A stretch of DNA of 64,000 nt from Dehalococcoidia bacterium. Its GTDB lineage: Bacteria; Chloroflexota; Dehalococcoidia; UBA2979. Shown piece after piece: positions 37,637 through 47,912 of the stretch (position 1 is the stretch's first letter; every line of letters begins with the position of its first letter). Both the position numbers and the translations under genes were made by a program. The notes under the pieces are model-generated. The model was not told the DNA's origin and made no database searches. It was given only the letters and a program-made list of their open reading frames with translations. The stretch lies in assembly GCA_963667465.2 (NCBI GenBank), contig CAXXDN010000002.1:1664001-1728000 (forward strand). Direction: 5' to 3'.

Positions 37637-39376
37637 GTGCGAGCGCACGAAGTCCCCACCCACGTGCAGGCCGAGGACCGCGTCCTGCTGTGGCTGACCT
37701 TCCCCCAGATCGTGGCGATGACGGCCGTCTGCGCCCTCGCCTACGGTCTCTACCACTACGCACCCGTCGGTCCCGCGGGCGTGCGCATCGCGGCGGCAGG
37801 GCTCTTCGGGCTCGTCGGCTTCGCCGTCGTGGCGGGCCGCGTCAACGGCAGGCGGCTGCCGCTCGTGGCGGCCGACCTGCTGCGCTACGCCTTCGGGGCG
37901 CGGCGCTACGCCGGGCCTCCCGCCGAGCTCGTGCGCGGCGAGCCGCCCGCTCCCGTGCAGTCGCCCGGGGGCCGCGAGGGCGATCCTCTGCGGCTGCTGG
38001 CGCGGCGCATGCTGCGCAGGACGCGGCGCACCGCCCGGAAGCGGAAGGAGGGCGAGCGCCGCACCGGGCGCCTGCCCTTCCGCCCGCAGCGCCTCTTCGG
38101 CAGGCGGCGCGCCGGCGAGGAGCCGGACGGAGCACCGGCGGCCCGCGAGGACCGCGAGCAACGGCTCGGCCAGCAGCGGCGCGGGAAGCGCGGCTTCTGG
38201 AAGAGTTTTCTCGCGGCGGCCGCCCTCGCGCTGGTCGCGCTCAGCACGCTGCCGCTGGCGGCGGCGCTCGCCCAGGAGCCGGGCGAGGCGGGATGGAGCT
38301 CCGAGGAGATCGAGTTCCAGCCACCACCCCCGGTCGCCGGACGGCGGCTCTTCGTCGAGGGCCTCACGGTCAGCGGGGAGCGGGCGGAGGTCGTCCTGCG
38401 GGCAGCCACGGAGCTGCGGCTCACGGTACGCGTCTACGGCGGCCCCGAGGGCGACACTTCGCGCTACTACGCGACCACATCCCTCGATGAGGGCGAGCGC
38501 GCGACGTACGACCTGCCCCTCGACGGGCCGAGTCCGTCGGTCGTCTTCTCCTGGCGGGACGGGCTCGGGCAGGCGGGGGCGCTCTCACTCGACGGCGAGC
38601 GGCTGCCGTGGCCGCTGCCAGTAGTAGCAGGCGAGCTTTGCAGCCTGCGCGTCGTCTCCCTCAAGTGGAGCGCGGGCGCTGTCGAAGGCGCCGTTGCCTC
38701 AGCGTGCGTGAGCGCGATCGAGGAGCGGGTGGACCTGCCGGTGAGCGCGGGCCACCACTCCCAGACGGTCACGGCGCTGCTCGACGCGGAGGTCACGGCC
38801 GTGACCGGGACGCTCACGGTTTCGTCGGGCGCGAGGGAGACGGCAGTCGCCTTCGTCGCTGGCGGCGAGACCCGCTTCCGGCTGCCGGTGGCGGCGAGCG
38901 AGGGCGTCCACGCGCTTGCCATGGAGGCGGCGCTGCAGGCAACGCTGCGTATCCCGCTGCCGCCGCTGGTGGAGCTCACCCATCACCCCGAGCGCACGGA
39001 GCGCCTCACCGAGACTGCATCGGTGAGCATCCCCGCTTCCGGGGAAACGGTGACCATCCCCAACGGGGACGGCACCTTCACGGAGCACAGCGTCACCGCG
39101 AGCTGTTCCGTCCCGGCCTCGACCGTCAGCCAGGACGTCGTCTTCACCGTCGTCCACGCCGAGCGGATCGAGGCCGCGGTGGTTGAGCGGGCGCCTCTCA
39201 CGCGCACCCGGACGGAGACGCTGGCGTTCTCATCGAGCCTGTGGTCGGACGACGCCTACCGGGCGCTCACTGTCCCGAAGCCCGAACCCGAGCCCGAGCT
39301 TGTCACGCCGGTACCCGCCGGCAGCGGCGAGCTGGGCGAGTGGTTCGAGGAGCTCGGCTGGGAGTGGCCGTGGTGA
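37637..39376 (+). CDS. PrgI/VirB3-like protein with large extracellular C-terminal extension
   Basis: HEVPTHVQAEDRVLLWLTFPQ, 2 TMs, later third TM and beta-rich region. Confidence 0.75.
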   Translation: MRAHEVPTHVQAEDRVLLWLTFPQIVAMTAVCALAYGLYHYAPVGPAGVRIAAAGLFGLVGFAVVAGRVNGRRLPLVAADLLRYAFGARRYAGPPAELVRGEPPAPVQSPGGREGDPLRLLARRMLRRTRRTARKRKEGERRTGRLPFRPQRLFGRRRAGEEPDGAPAAREDREQRLGQQRRGKRGFWKSFLAAAALALVALSTLPLAAALAQEPGEAGWSSEEIEFQPPPPVAGRRLFVEGLTVSGERAEVVLRAATELRLTVRVYGGPEGDTSRYYATTSLDEGERATYDLPLDGPSPSVVFSWRDGLGQAGALSLDGERLPWPLPVVAGELCSLRVVSLKWSAGAVEGAVASACVSAIEERVDLPVSAGHHSQTVTALLDAEVTAVTGTLTVSSGARETAVAFVAGGETRFRLPVAASEGVHALAMEAALQATLRIPLPPLVELTHHPERTERLTETASVSIPASGETVTIPNGDGTFTEHSVTASCSVPASTVSQDVVFTVVHAERIEAAVVERAPLTRTRTETLAFSSSLWSDDAYRALTVPKPEPEPELVTPVPAGSGELGEWFEELGWEWPW

Positions 39377-39690
39377 GGCGGGCCACGTCCGTCCTGCTGC
39401 TCGCCGGGGTCGCGCTGGTCACGGCCGGCGCGGCCCCGGAGGAGGAGCAGGCCATGCTCGACGCCTTCGACGAGGCGCTCACGGCGATGGCCTACGCCGC
39501 CTCGGGGCTGTGCGTCTTCTCCCTGGTCTGGGCGGGCTTCCTGCTCATGGCCGACGGCGCCGAGGAGCGCGGCCTCGGGCGTGCTCGCAGCGCCGTCTTC
39601 CTGGCCGTGGCCGGCCTCGCGCTCGTGCTCTCCGCGAAGGGCGTCGCCGCCCTCCTGCGCGCGGGCGTCCTTCCCTTCTTCACGCCCTGA
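39373..39690 (+). CDS. Second pilin-like protein
   Basis: VWAGFLLMADG..GRARSAV..GLALVL. Confidence 0.65.
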   Translation: MRRATSVLLLAGVALVTAGAAPEEEQAMLDAFDEALTAMAYAASGLCVFSLVWAGFLLMADGAEERGLGRARSAVFLAVAGLALVLSAKGVAALLRAGVLPFFTP

Positions 39691-39713
39691 CCCTCAAGCA
39701 AAGGACGATCACG

Positions 39714-41948
39714 ATGAGACAGCTACTTCAGATCACGAGGCGTGCGGCGACCGAAGAGGAGCACGCCGCGCCGAAGCCCCCGCTCGGGCTGCCGCTCGCC
39801 TTCATGCTCTCGCACCTCGAGGACGACGGCCCCGTGCGCCTCGACGGCCAGAAGCTCGGCGTCTGCGAGGTGCTGGGGCTGGAGCTGGACGAGCCGAAGC
39901 TGGGGGCCTTCGCGGGCGCCCTCAACGCCTGCGACTTCCCCCTGCAACTGCTCGTGCGCCAGCACCCGCCGGGCCTGGGCAAGCTGCGCGACGACCTTGA
40001 GGCCGCTCAGCCGGAGGGCCTGCCGGCACGGACACGCGCGGCGGCGGAGTCGCTCAGGCGGCTGCTGGGCGAGCTGGAACGGCGCGAGGGCATCCTCGAC
40101 CGCCGCTTCTACGCCGTCTGCGAGCGCGAGCGCATGGACGAGCTGCGCTCGCTGCTCGTGCGCGCCGGCCTCTCCATCCACCCGCTCACCGGCCGCCAGT
40201 TGCGCATGCTCGTGCTGGCCTCAGCCCTCGGCGGCTCTCCCAGGGAGATCAACGAGGAGACGGAGGTGGCGGTCGAGCTCAACCGCCGCGAGATCCGACT
40301 CGGGGGCCATCTCGCGCGCTCGCTGCACCTTGCGAAGTGGCCGCGCTCGCTCTCTCCCGGCTTCCTGCAGGGGCTGCTGGCGACGGGCGCGCCCATGGAC
40401 CTCTCCCTCCACCTCGGCCCCATTCCTGCCGCCGTGGCCGCGCGCACGCTGGAGTGGCAGAAGGTGCGCTTCGAGTCGGCGCAGAGCCTCTCCGTTCGAA
40501 AGGGCAAGAGCCTCTCCTCGGAGGCGGAGATCGCCCTCGAGGACGTGATGCGGCTGCGCGACGAGGTGCAGCGAGGACGCGAGCGACTCTTCCACTCCTC
40601 GCTCTCGCTCACCCTCCACGCCCCCGACGAGGACTCCCTCGCCGAGATCACGCAGACGGCGAAGGCGCACTTCGCGTCGACGCTCGGCAAGCTCGACGCC
40701 CTCCCCTTCCGCCAGCGCGAGGGGCTGCTCTCGACGCTCCCGCTGGGCCTCAACGCCGTCGCCTCGTGGCGCACGCTCGACACCAGCTCGCTGGCGATGC
40801 TCTATCCGTTCTCGCCGCCCGACCTCGATACGCGCGGCGGCGACCTGCGCGGCATCGATCTGCGGGCTTCGTCGCCGGTCGTCTACGACCCCTGGGACGG
40901 CACCCACCTCAACGCCAACACCGCCGTGCTCGCGCGTTCCGGCTCGGGAAAATCGTTTGCCACCAAGCTGGGCGTGTTGCGCGGGATCTGCCGGGGCGTC
41001 GTCGCCTACGTGATCGACCCGGAGGGCGAGTACGCCGACATGGCCCGCGCGGCCGGCGGGCGCGTGCTCTCGCCCGGCGTGGACGGCCAGGGCATGAACC
41101 CCTTCGTCATCGACTCCGGCGACGCGGAGGAGCTGCTGCAGCGTATCGGCAGCCTCAGACGGCTGATCGAGGTGATGGTGGGCGAGTCGCTGGGCGCAGA
41201 GCGCCGGGCCTCGCTCGACCACGCCCTCGCCGCCTACTACGCGCAGTCAGGCGAGCGCACCGGCTTCTCCGACTTCTACGCATTCCTGAAGGGCGACGAG
41301 GCCGACGGCGATCCGGCGCTCGCGAGGCTGCTGCGGCCCTTCGCCACGGGCAGCCTGCGCCACCTGCTCTCCGACGAGGGCGACGACCTGCTCACGAACG
41401 AGGCACTGGTGACGGTCTTCGACCTGCATCTGCTGGAGCCGGAGCTGCGCCCCGCCGCCACGATGGTCTGCACCGAGACGGTCTGGGCTGCCGCCGCGCG
41501 CGACCCTCGCCCGCGTCTGCTGGTCGTCGACGAGGTCTGGTCGATCATGCAGCACCCCGAGGGCGCGGCCTTCATGGTGAGCATGGCCAAGCGCGCGAGG
41601 AAACACCGCCTCGGGCTGCAGTTCATCACCCAGGATGTGCAGGACCTGCTCTCGGAGGATCCTTCGCGCGCGATCACCGGCCACTCGGGGCGCGCCCTCC
41701 TCCAGAACGCCGCCTTCAAGCTCCTCCTCCAGCAGGACGCCGCCGCCATCTCGACCGTCGGCGACGCCTTCGACTTGCCCGCGGACCTGCAGCGCTGGCT
41801 GCTCTCCTGCCCGCGCGGCGACGGGCTCCTGCTCGCGCGCGGCAACCGCTTCCCCATCCGCATCGAAGCGACGCCCGAGGAGGCCGAGCTGATCGAGTGG
41901 CGGCCCGCCTCGCAGCGCGAGCGCGCCGCCGACCGCGACGACCGATAG
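39714..41948 (+). CDS. VirB4-family T4SS ATPase
   Basis: NANTAVLARSGSGKS, IDPEGEY, LVVDEVW, KRARK, ITQD. Confidence 0.92.
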   Translation: MRQLLQITRRAATEEEHAAPKPPLGLPLAFMLSHLEDDGPVRLDGQKLGVCEVLGLELDEPKLGAFAGALNACDFPLQLLVRQHPPGLGKLRDDLEAAQPEGLPARTRAAAESLRRLLGELERREGILDRRFYAVCERERMDELRSLLVRAGLSIHPLTGRQLRMLVLASALGGSPREINEETEVAVELNRREIRLGGHLARSLHLAKWPRSLSPGFLQGLLATGAPMDLSLHLGPIPAAVAARTLEWQKVRFESAQSLSVRKGKSLSSEAEIALEDVMRLRDEVQRGRERLFHSSLSLTLHAPDEDSLAEITQTAKAHFASTLGKLDALPFRQREGLLSTLPLGLNAVASWRTLDTSSLAMLYPFSPPDLDTRGGDLRGIDLRASSPVVYDPWDGTHLNANTAVLARSGSGKSFATKLGVLRGICRGVVAYVIDPEGEYADMARAAGGRVLSPGVDGQGMNPFVIDSGDAEELLQRIGSLRRLIEVMVGESLGAERRASLDHALAAYYAQSGERTGFSDFYAFLKGDEADGDPALARLLRPFATGSLRHLLSDEGDDLLTNEALVTVFDLHLLEPELRPAATMVCTETVWAAAARDPRPRLLVVDEVWSIMQHPEGAAFMVSMAKRARKHRLGLQFITQDVQDLLSEDPSRAITGHSGRALLQNAAFKLLLQQDAAAISTVGDAFDLPADLQRWLLSCPRGDGLLLARGNRFPIRIEATPEEAELIEWRPASQRERAADRDDR

Positions 41949-42094
41949 GGACACGGAGGACCAGGCCCGATGACCACGACCGCGCGCCCATGACCACCGC
42001 ACCAGACCACCCACGTTCAGAAAGGAGTCGCCACATGCGACGCAACCCGTTCAACCGATCGAACGCGAACCACAGCACCGAAAGGAACCACACC

Positions 42095-44698
42095 ATGCGA
42101 TTCAACCCCTTCCACCAGTCCACTCCCACCGAGCCCGTGCTGCTGGCAGTGACACCGCCGCGCACGGGCGAGCGCACGCTCCTCGCCGTCGAGAATCTTC
42201 TGGCGTCGATCGCCGCGCCCGAGCCCTTCTCGCTCGAGCTCTGCGGCGACGCCGACGGGGTTACGCTGATGGCGCGCTGCCTGGATCAACAGGTGGTCCG
42301 GCAGCAGCTTTCCGCCCGTTACCCGCAGGCCCGCATCGACCGGCTGGAGTCGGCCGAGGACCCGCTGCGACTGGAGGCGGGCGAGCAGGCGTGGGCGATG
42401 ACGCTGCGCGCGAGCGGGCCGGAGTATGTGCCGCTGCGGGTCTTCAGCGACGACGACCTGCTGGACGCCGGCTCGGACCCGCTGCTGGCCCTCCTCGGCG
42501 CCCTCTCGGACGTGGGCGCGGGCGAACGCGTTGTGGCGCGGCTGCGGCTGCGCTCGCTCGGCCCCGACTGGTCGCGGGGCCACCAGGCCAGGGCGCACCA
42601 GCCAGCCGTGCAGGACCGGGCCGACTCGTACCAGATCAGCGAGTCGCGGCGGCACCGCGTCGAGCTCACGGGCGCCGCGCTGCTGGCGGTCGCCGGCGCG
42701 GGGCTCCTCCAGGGCTACCGCTGGTGGCAGGCGGGGGAGGAGTGGAAGACGGTCGCCCTCGGGACGGGCGTCGCCCTCGCGCTCGGCGTCGCCGGCTGGG
42801 CGTGGGCGCGCTGGCAGCGCTCGCGCAACCGCGTCCACGACCCGCTGCTGATCCGGGAGAAGGTCTCGCGCGTCGCCTTCGAGGCCGACATCGAGGTCGT
42901 CGCCATCGTGCCCGGGACGAAGCCGGACGAGGGTCGAGAGCGGGCCGAGGCGCTGCTCGGGGAGGTGGCGGCCGCCTACGGCAACTACGACCACCCCGCA
43001 GGGGCGCGCTTCCGGATGGGCCGGATGCGGCCCGCCCTGCCCGATCCGGCGGCGCTGCATCCGGCCGGCCCCGGCCTGCTCGGCGCCCGCAGCGTGCTTG
43101 GCGTGCGCGAGGTCGCCGCGCTCTGGCATCCGCCGGGGGCGAAGGACGAGACGCCGCTCGTGGAGCGCTCGGGCGCGCGCGTGCTGCTCCCCCCGGTGAG
43201 CGGCGTCGCCCGGGGCGCGCTCGTGGGCGAGACCACCGCCGGCGATCCCCGGCCGATTCATTTCTCCCACGACTTGCTGCGCCGCCACCACCTCTACGTG
43301 GCGCGCACGCGCATGGGCAAGTCGACGCTCATGCAGCATCTCGTCGTCCACAAGCTCGAGGAGAAGGCGGCGGGAAGGGATGGCGACGCGATCGTCGTCG
43401 TCGACCCCCACGCCGACCTCGTGGAGAGCATCCTCGAGCAGGTGCCCGAGTCCCTGGCGGGGCAGGTGCGGCTGGTCGACCTCGCGGGCAGTGGCGGCTA
43501 CCCCGGCGTCAACCTGCTCGACACGCGCGTCTTCAGCGACCGCGACCGCACCGCCGACTCGGTCGTGCGCGTGGCGCGCGGGCTCTGGGAGCAGTGGGGC
43601 CCGCGCATGCAGTCGATCCTCGAGCAGGTCGTGAAGACCCTGCACGAGTACAACGCCCACCCGGACACGCCCGCCGACGAGCAGCTCACGATCCTCGACG
43701 GGCTGCGGCTGCTCTCGCACGATAAGTTTCGCTCACTCGTGCGGGAGCGGGTCACGGACGAGTTCCTGCTCGACTGGTGGGCGCGCGACTTCGCCTCGTG
43801 GACGCGCCAGTACCAGGCCGACGCGCTCGCGCCCGTGCAGACGAGGCTCTCCTACTACGCCTCGTCGAAGCGCGCGCGGGCGATCCTCGGCCAGCCCCGC
43901 TCTACGATCGACCTCAGGCGCACGATCCTGGACGGGGGCGTGCTGCTGGTGTCGACGGCGCAGGGCGCGGCCGGGCGCGACGTCGCTGCGCTCGTCGGCG
44001 CCTCCGTCCTCAACCTTGTCGACGCCGTGATCCGCGAGCAGGGCGAGCTGCCGCCCGAGCAGCGCCGCGGCGCTCTCGTGGTCGTCGACGAGATGCAGTC
44101 GATGCCGGGCGTCGACTACGAGTCGATGCTCTCCGAGCTGGGCAAGTTCGGGGCGTCGCTCGTGCTCGCCACCCAGAGCCTCGCCAAGCTCGACGAGCTC
44201 TCGCCGACGATGCGCGACACGCTGCTCGCCAACATCGGCTGCCTCGCCGTCTTCCAGGTGGCGGGCACGGACGCGCGCCAGCTCGTCTGGGAGCTGGACC
44301 GCGAGCGCGTCTCCGAGGAGGACATCGTCTCGCTGCCCGTGCACCACGCTTACGTGCGCGCGACGGTCGGGACGGAGCGCACGCCCGCCTTCTCGATGGA
44401 GGTGCTCAAGCCCGACGAGGGGAGTGCGGAGACGGCGGCGCGTATCCGCTCGGAGGCATCCGCCTACCTGCTCACCGACGAGGAGATCGCGGCGCAGCGC
44501 GCCGAGGGGCGCAGGCGCGTCGAGCGCCGGCTCGAAGAGCGCGAGAAGGCTGGCAAGGCCGAGGACGGGACCAGCAACGGTGGACCCGATTCCTCCCCGG
44601 ACAAGGCCGGTGCGTCCGGGGAGGAGTCGCGCGGGAAGCGGTCGCGCAGCAAGCGCAACCAGACGCCGGACGGCGCCTCCGCCGAGGGCGCGGCGTGA
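42095..44698 (+). CDS. VirD4/TraD-like coupling protein
   Basis: HLYVARTRMGKST, VDPHADL, VVDEMQ, LATQ; 2 TMs; alternative in-frame start at 42035. Confidence 0.88.
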   Translation: MRFNPFHQSTPTEPVLLAVTPPRTGERTLLAVENLLASIAAPEPFSLELCGDADGVTLMARCLDQQVVRQQLSARYPQARIDRLESAEDPLRLEAGEQAWAMTLRASGPEYVPLRVFSDDDLLDAGSDPLLALLGALSDVGAGERVVARLRLRSLGPDWSRGHQARAHQPAVQDRADSYQISESRRHRVELTGAALLAVAGAGLLQGYRWWQAGEEWKTVALGTGVALALGVAGWAWARWQRSRNRVHDPLLIREKVSRVAFEADIEVVAIVPGTKPDEGRERAEALLGEVAAAYGNYDHPAGARFRMGRMRPALPDPAALHPAGPGLLGARSVLGVREVAALWHPPGAKDETPLVERSGARVLLPPVSGVARGALVGETTAGDPRPIHFSHDLLRRHHLYVARTRMGKSTLMQHLVVHKLEEKAAGRDGDAIVVVDPHADLVESILEQVPESLAGQVRLVDLAGSGGYPGVNLLDTRVFSDRDRTADSVVRVARGLWEQWGPRMQSILEQVVKTLHEYNAHPDTPADEQLTILDGLRLLSHDKFRSLVRERVTDEFLLDWWARDFASWTRQYQADALAPVQTRLSYYASSKRARAILGQPRSTIDLRRTILDGGVLLVSTAQGAAGRDVAALVGASVLNLVDAVIREQGELPPEQRRGALVVVDEMQSMPGVDYESMLSELGKFGASLVLATQSLAKLDELSPTMRDTLLANIGCLAVFQVAGTDARQLVWELDRERVSEEDIVSLPVHHAYVRATVGTERTPAFSMEVLKPDEGSAETAARIRSEASAYLLTDEEIAAQRAEGRRRVERRLEEREKAGKAEDGTSNGGPDSSPDKAGASGEESRGKRSRSKRNQTPDGASAEGAA

Positions 44699-46329
44699 CC
44701 GTCGAGCGCGACCTGTTGCGGCTGCTCGGAGAAGCGCCCTTCCTGGACCGGCTGGAGATGGCCGCGCTCTCCGGCTGGTCGAGGGGCGCGGTCTACGCCA
44801 ACTGCGAGGCGTTGGAGGAAGCAGGGCTCGTCGCGTCCCTCCCCCACGCCTTCGAGCTCGTCGCCCCGACGCAGCGCTACTCCCTCACGCTCGCCGGGCT
44901 GCAGCGGCTCGCCGAAGAGCAGGGAATGGGCCTGGACGAGTTGCTGCGCTCGCGGCCGCTCACGGCGCACTGGCGGCGGCTCCTGCTGGAGCGCCTCGAC
45001 GCGGTGGCCTCGGTCTACCGGCTCGCTTCGGCGATCACCGGCCAGTCCTGGCCGCTGCGCTTCCGCTGGTACCGGGCGCAGCCGATGGACGCCGCGGTCG
45101 CGCTCCCCGACGGGCGCACATTGTTCGTCGTGCGGCAGGGCGAGACGGCCGACCGCACGTCCTTCGCCAAGCGCCTCTGGCGGCTGCGCGAGGGGCCGCG
45201 CCCGGGTGCCTACCTGCTGCTCGTCCCGGACCCCGTGCGGTTGCGCCACACGGCGCGGCTGATGGCGCGGGCGTCCGCCCCCTCCTTCCTTGGACTCGAA
45301 CGGGATGTGGTCGCTTCCGGGGCTGCGGCGCGCGTCTGGCGCACGGCTGCCGGCTCGCCGTGGCTCTCGCTCGGCGAGGCGCTCACGCACGTGGGGGACA
45401 GTCGCGCCTGGCCGCAGGAGGAGCCGCTCACCCGGGCGACGGTCCCACGCGACCTCCAACTGGCCGAGCTCCACCGGGCGCCGGGCTGGCTGCTCCCCGC
45501 CCTGCTCAGGCCGGCGGAGAAGCGCGTCCTCGGCCTCATCGCCGACTGGCCGTGGATCGCGCCCGCCCACCTGGGCGAGCTGCTCGGCGTCTCGCCGCGG
45601 CGCGTCTCGCAGCTCCTGCAGCCGATCGAGGAGGCCGCCCTCGCGAACCGCGTCTCGGGGAGGCTCGTGCTCGGCGACCGCGGGCTGGAACTGCTCGCGC
45701 GCCGCGACCGCTCCGCCGTCCATCTCGCTCGCTCGCGCTGGAGCGCCCGGCCGCTGCACCCCGCCGCGCCGCTCGGGTGGCGCAACGTCTCCGGCAGGCG
45801 CAGCCGCCAGCTCCTGCGCACGATCGAGCACACGGCCGCCGTCCACTGGTTTGTCGCGGCGCTCGCGAAGCAGGCGCGGGAACACGGCCGGGAGGTGGTG
45901 CAGATCGACCCGCCGCACCGCGCCTCGCGTTACTTCCGGGACGGAGTTGCCGTCTACTCCGTCCACCCGGACGCCTTCGGCGTCCTGCGCACGGACGGGA
46001 AGCCGTGGCCGTTCTTCCTGGAGTGGGAGCGCCGCGCCGTGAGGCCCTCGACGATGACCGCGCGCCTCGCGCCCTACCTGCGCTACTACGCCTCGCAACG
46101 CCCCACGGACGACCACGGCGTCCGCCCCGCCGTGCTCGTCGTCTTCGAGGACGAACTCGCCGCTCACCACTTCCTGGGCGTCGCCCGCGCGCAGATGAAA
46201 CGCGCCCCCGTCGAGGTTCCGCTAGGCGTCTCGCACCGCGCGCTGCTGCAACGGCAAGGGCCGCTGGGAGCCGCCTGGCGCACGGTTGCCACCGCCGAAC
46301 CCTCGCGCCCCTGGCGCCAGTCCGCCTGA
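44695..46329 (+). CDS. Replication-relaxation (Replic_Relax) family relaxase with tandem domains
   Basis: Two wHTH-led halves; EHTAAV..HPDAFG..FFLEWER; GTGA overlap with T4CP. Confidence 0.8.
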   Translation: MTVERDLLRLLGEAPFLDRLEMAALSGWSRGAVYANCEALEEAGLVASLPHAFELVAPTQRYSLTLAGLQRLAEEQGMGLDELLRSRPLTAHWRRLLLERLDAVASVYRLASAITGQSWPLRFRWYRAQPMDAAVALPDGRTLFVVRQGETADRTSFAKRLWRLREGPRPGAYLLLVPDPVRLRHTARLMARASAPSFLGLERDVVASGAAARVWRTAAGSPWLSLGEALTHVGDSRAWPQEEPLTRATVPRDLQLAELHRAPGWLLPALLRPAEKRVLGLIADWPWIAPAHLGELLGVSPRRVSQLLQPIEEAALANRVSGRLVLGDRGLELLARRDRSAVHLARSRWSARPLHPAAPLGWRNVSGRRSRQLLRTIEHTAAVHWFVAALAKQAREHGREVVQIDPPHRASRYFRDGVAVYSVHPDAFGVLRTDGKPWPFFLEWERRAVRPSTMTARLAPYLRYYASQRPTDDHGVRPAVLVVFEDELAAHHFLGVARAQMKRAPVEVPLGVSHRALLQRQGPLGAAWRTVATAEPSRPWRQSA

Positions 46330-46475
46330 GGTACGGCAGCGGGCGGCCCCCTCATCGGGTGCGCCGCTCAACGTCCACCGGAGGTCGCGCTCACGCCCCG
46401 TGCAGGTCCGCGACACCCCGTCGGGCGCGGCTCCCCTGCCTGCTGAGCCCGTCACATATATGATACGCTCCATGC

Positions 46476-46823
46476 ATGCCGGAGGTCGTCTACTACGAGA
46501 CAGCGAGGGGGGACGAACCCGTTGCCGCGTACGTCGAACGACTTGGGCGCTCGGGGGACAAACGCGATGTGGCGGCGATCCTCGATCTGATCGTGGAGCT
46601 GGAGGAACAGGGGAGCGCGCTGCGCATGCCTGATGCCCGCATCATCGACCGCAACGCGCGCATCTTCGAGTTGCGCCCGCGCTCGCACCGGATTGCCTAC
46701 GCCGAGCATGGAGGTCGCTACGTCCTCCTCCACGCCTGGCGGAAGCAAGCGCAGCGCCTCGATCGAAGAGCGCTCGCCACCGCCCAGCGGCGGCTTGCAG
46801 ACTGGAGGAGCCGTCATGGCTAG
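46476..46823 (+). CDS. RelE/ParE (Gp49-like) toxin
   Basis: YETARGDEPV, IFELRP..HRIAY, VLLHAWRK. Confidence 0.85.
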   Translation: MPEVVYYETARGDEPVAAYVERLGRSGDKRDVAAILDLIVELEEQGSALRMPDARIIDRNARIFELRPRSHRIAYAEHGGRYVLLHAWRKQAQRLDRRALATAQRRLADWRSRHG

Positions 46824-47115
46824 GAACGCCAGACCACACATTGAACAGATCGTCACCGCCGATCCCGACATCCAGGCGGAGTACGAGACCCTGCGACTGC
46901 GCCGCGCGATCGTCGGCCAGCTGCGCGCCCTGCGCGAACGAAAGCGCTGGACCCAGCAGCAGCTCGCCGACGCCGTCGGAGTGCCGCGAAGCGCGATCGC
47001 CCGTCTCGAGTCGGCCGAGCACAGCCCGCGCCTCGAGACCCTGCACGCCGTGGCGCGCGTGCTCGGCTACGACGTGGATGTTCGCCTGAAGCGCCGACGG
47101 GTACCGGTCGCGTAA
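46816..47115 (+). CDS. XRE HTH antitoxin (HigA-like)
   Basis: TQQQLADAVGV.RSAIARLES. Confidence 0.85.
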   Translation: MARNARPHIEQIVTADPDIQAEYETLRLRRAIVGQLRALRERKRWTQQQLADAVGVPRSAIARLESAEHSPRLETLHAVARVLGYDVDVRLKRRRVPVA

Positions 47116-47202
47116 TCTCGCCCAATCGAGGGCCGCTCGCTGTTTGCCGCACCGCCCCTCTCGGACCCGATGACAAGCGAGGCGGCTCGCGATCTGCCGG
47201 GC

Positions 47203-47475
47203 TCAGGCTGCTGTCGGTCGCTCCTCGGAGTGCGACGCGGCGAATGCCCGTCCTTCGTCCGTCAGCGTGATCGCGCGCGCCCGTCCGGGGACGCGCCTGA
47301 TAAGGCCGGCGCGCTCGCACGCCGCCAGCCGGTACGCGACCACCGAAGTGGAACTCGCACCGGTCCGCTTCTGCAGGTCGCGGACCGTCGGCGGGTAGCC
47401 GTGCTCGGCCCCGTGCTCGGCGATCGCCTCGACCAGGGCGGGCATCCAGTCTCTTCTGGATACTGTGACTCTCAT
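47203..47475 (-). CDS. Stand-alone LexA DNA-binding domain protein
   Basis: HGYPPTVRDL..SSTSVV..L..GLIRR.PGRARAI; no S24 peptidase domain. Confidence 0.8.
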   Translation of the reverse strand: MRVTVSRRDWMPALVEAIAEHGAEHGYPPTVRDLQKRTGASSTSVVAYRLAACERAGLIRRVPGRARAITLTDEGRAFAASHSEERPTAA

Positions 47476-47912
47476 GGAATACCTCCGTTCTCGGGGAGCC
47501 GCGCCTGCACCCGCACTACCTCGCCGGGCACTCCGAAGTGTTCCGCGACTTCCCATGCGTAGACGAAGCCAGCTTCCAGCGCCTCGTCCTCGTCGATGAG
47601 GAGCGCGTGCGCGAAGTCCTCCGCCTCGCGCTCCCATGGGCGCGGCAGGTCGGTGTGCTCGCGCTGCTCGATGTGATTGCCCGGATGCATCAGGCGGTGC
47701 GCGATGGCGTGGGCGATCACCCAGCGCCGCCACTCTGGTTCCAGTCGCTTCGCCACCGCGATCTGGCCGTCGATCTGCATCTCCTTCTGCACCTCGAAGT
47801 GCCACGGCCAGACCTCCAGCCCGAGCTCGTTGGCGACCGCCACGGCGTCCACGCGCCCGCGCAGGCCCAGCTTCTGGCGCAGCGTCCCCGCCCGTCGCCG
47901 CGCCCGGGTCAC
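47472..47912 (-). CDS. ImmA/IrrE-family protein with HAxxH in place of HExxH
   Basis: RRWVIAHAIAHRLMH, EREAEDFAHALL, AEHFGV. Confidence 0.8.
   Translation of the reverse strand: MTRARRRAGTLRQKLGLRGRVDAVAVANELGLEVWPWHFEVQKEMQIDGQIAVAKRLEPEWRRWVIAHAIAHRLMHPGNHIEQREHTDLPRPWEREAEDFAHALLIDEDEALEAGFVYAWEVAEHFGVPGEVVRVQARLPENGGIP

Noticed and set aside
40337-44694. N-terminal extensions of the 1453-aa and 850-aa ORFs
   Set aside because: They overlap VirB4 and T4CP in other frames; real starts have an RBS or stop-start coupling at 42035/42095 and 44695
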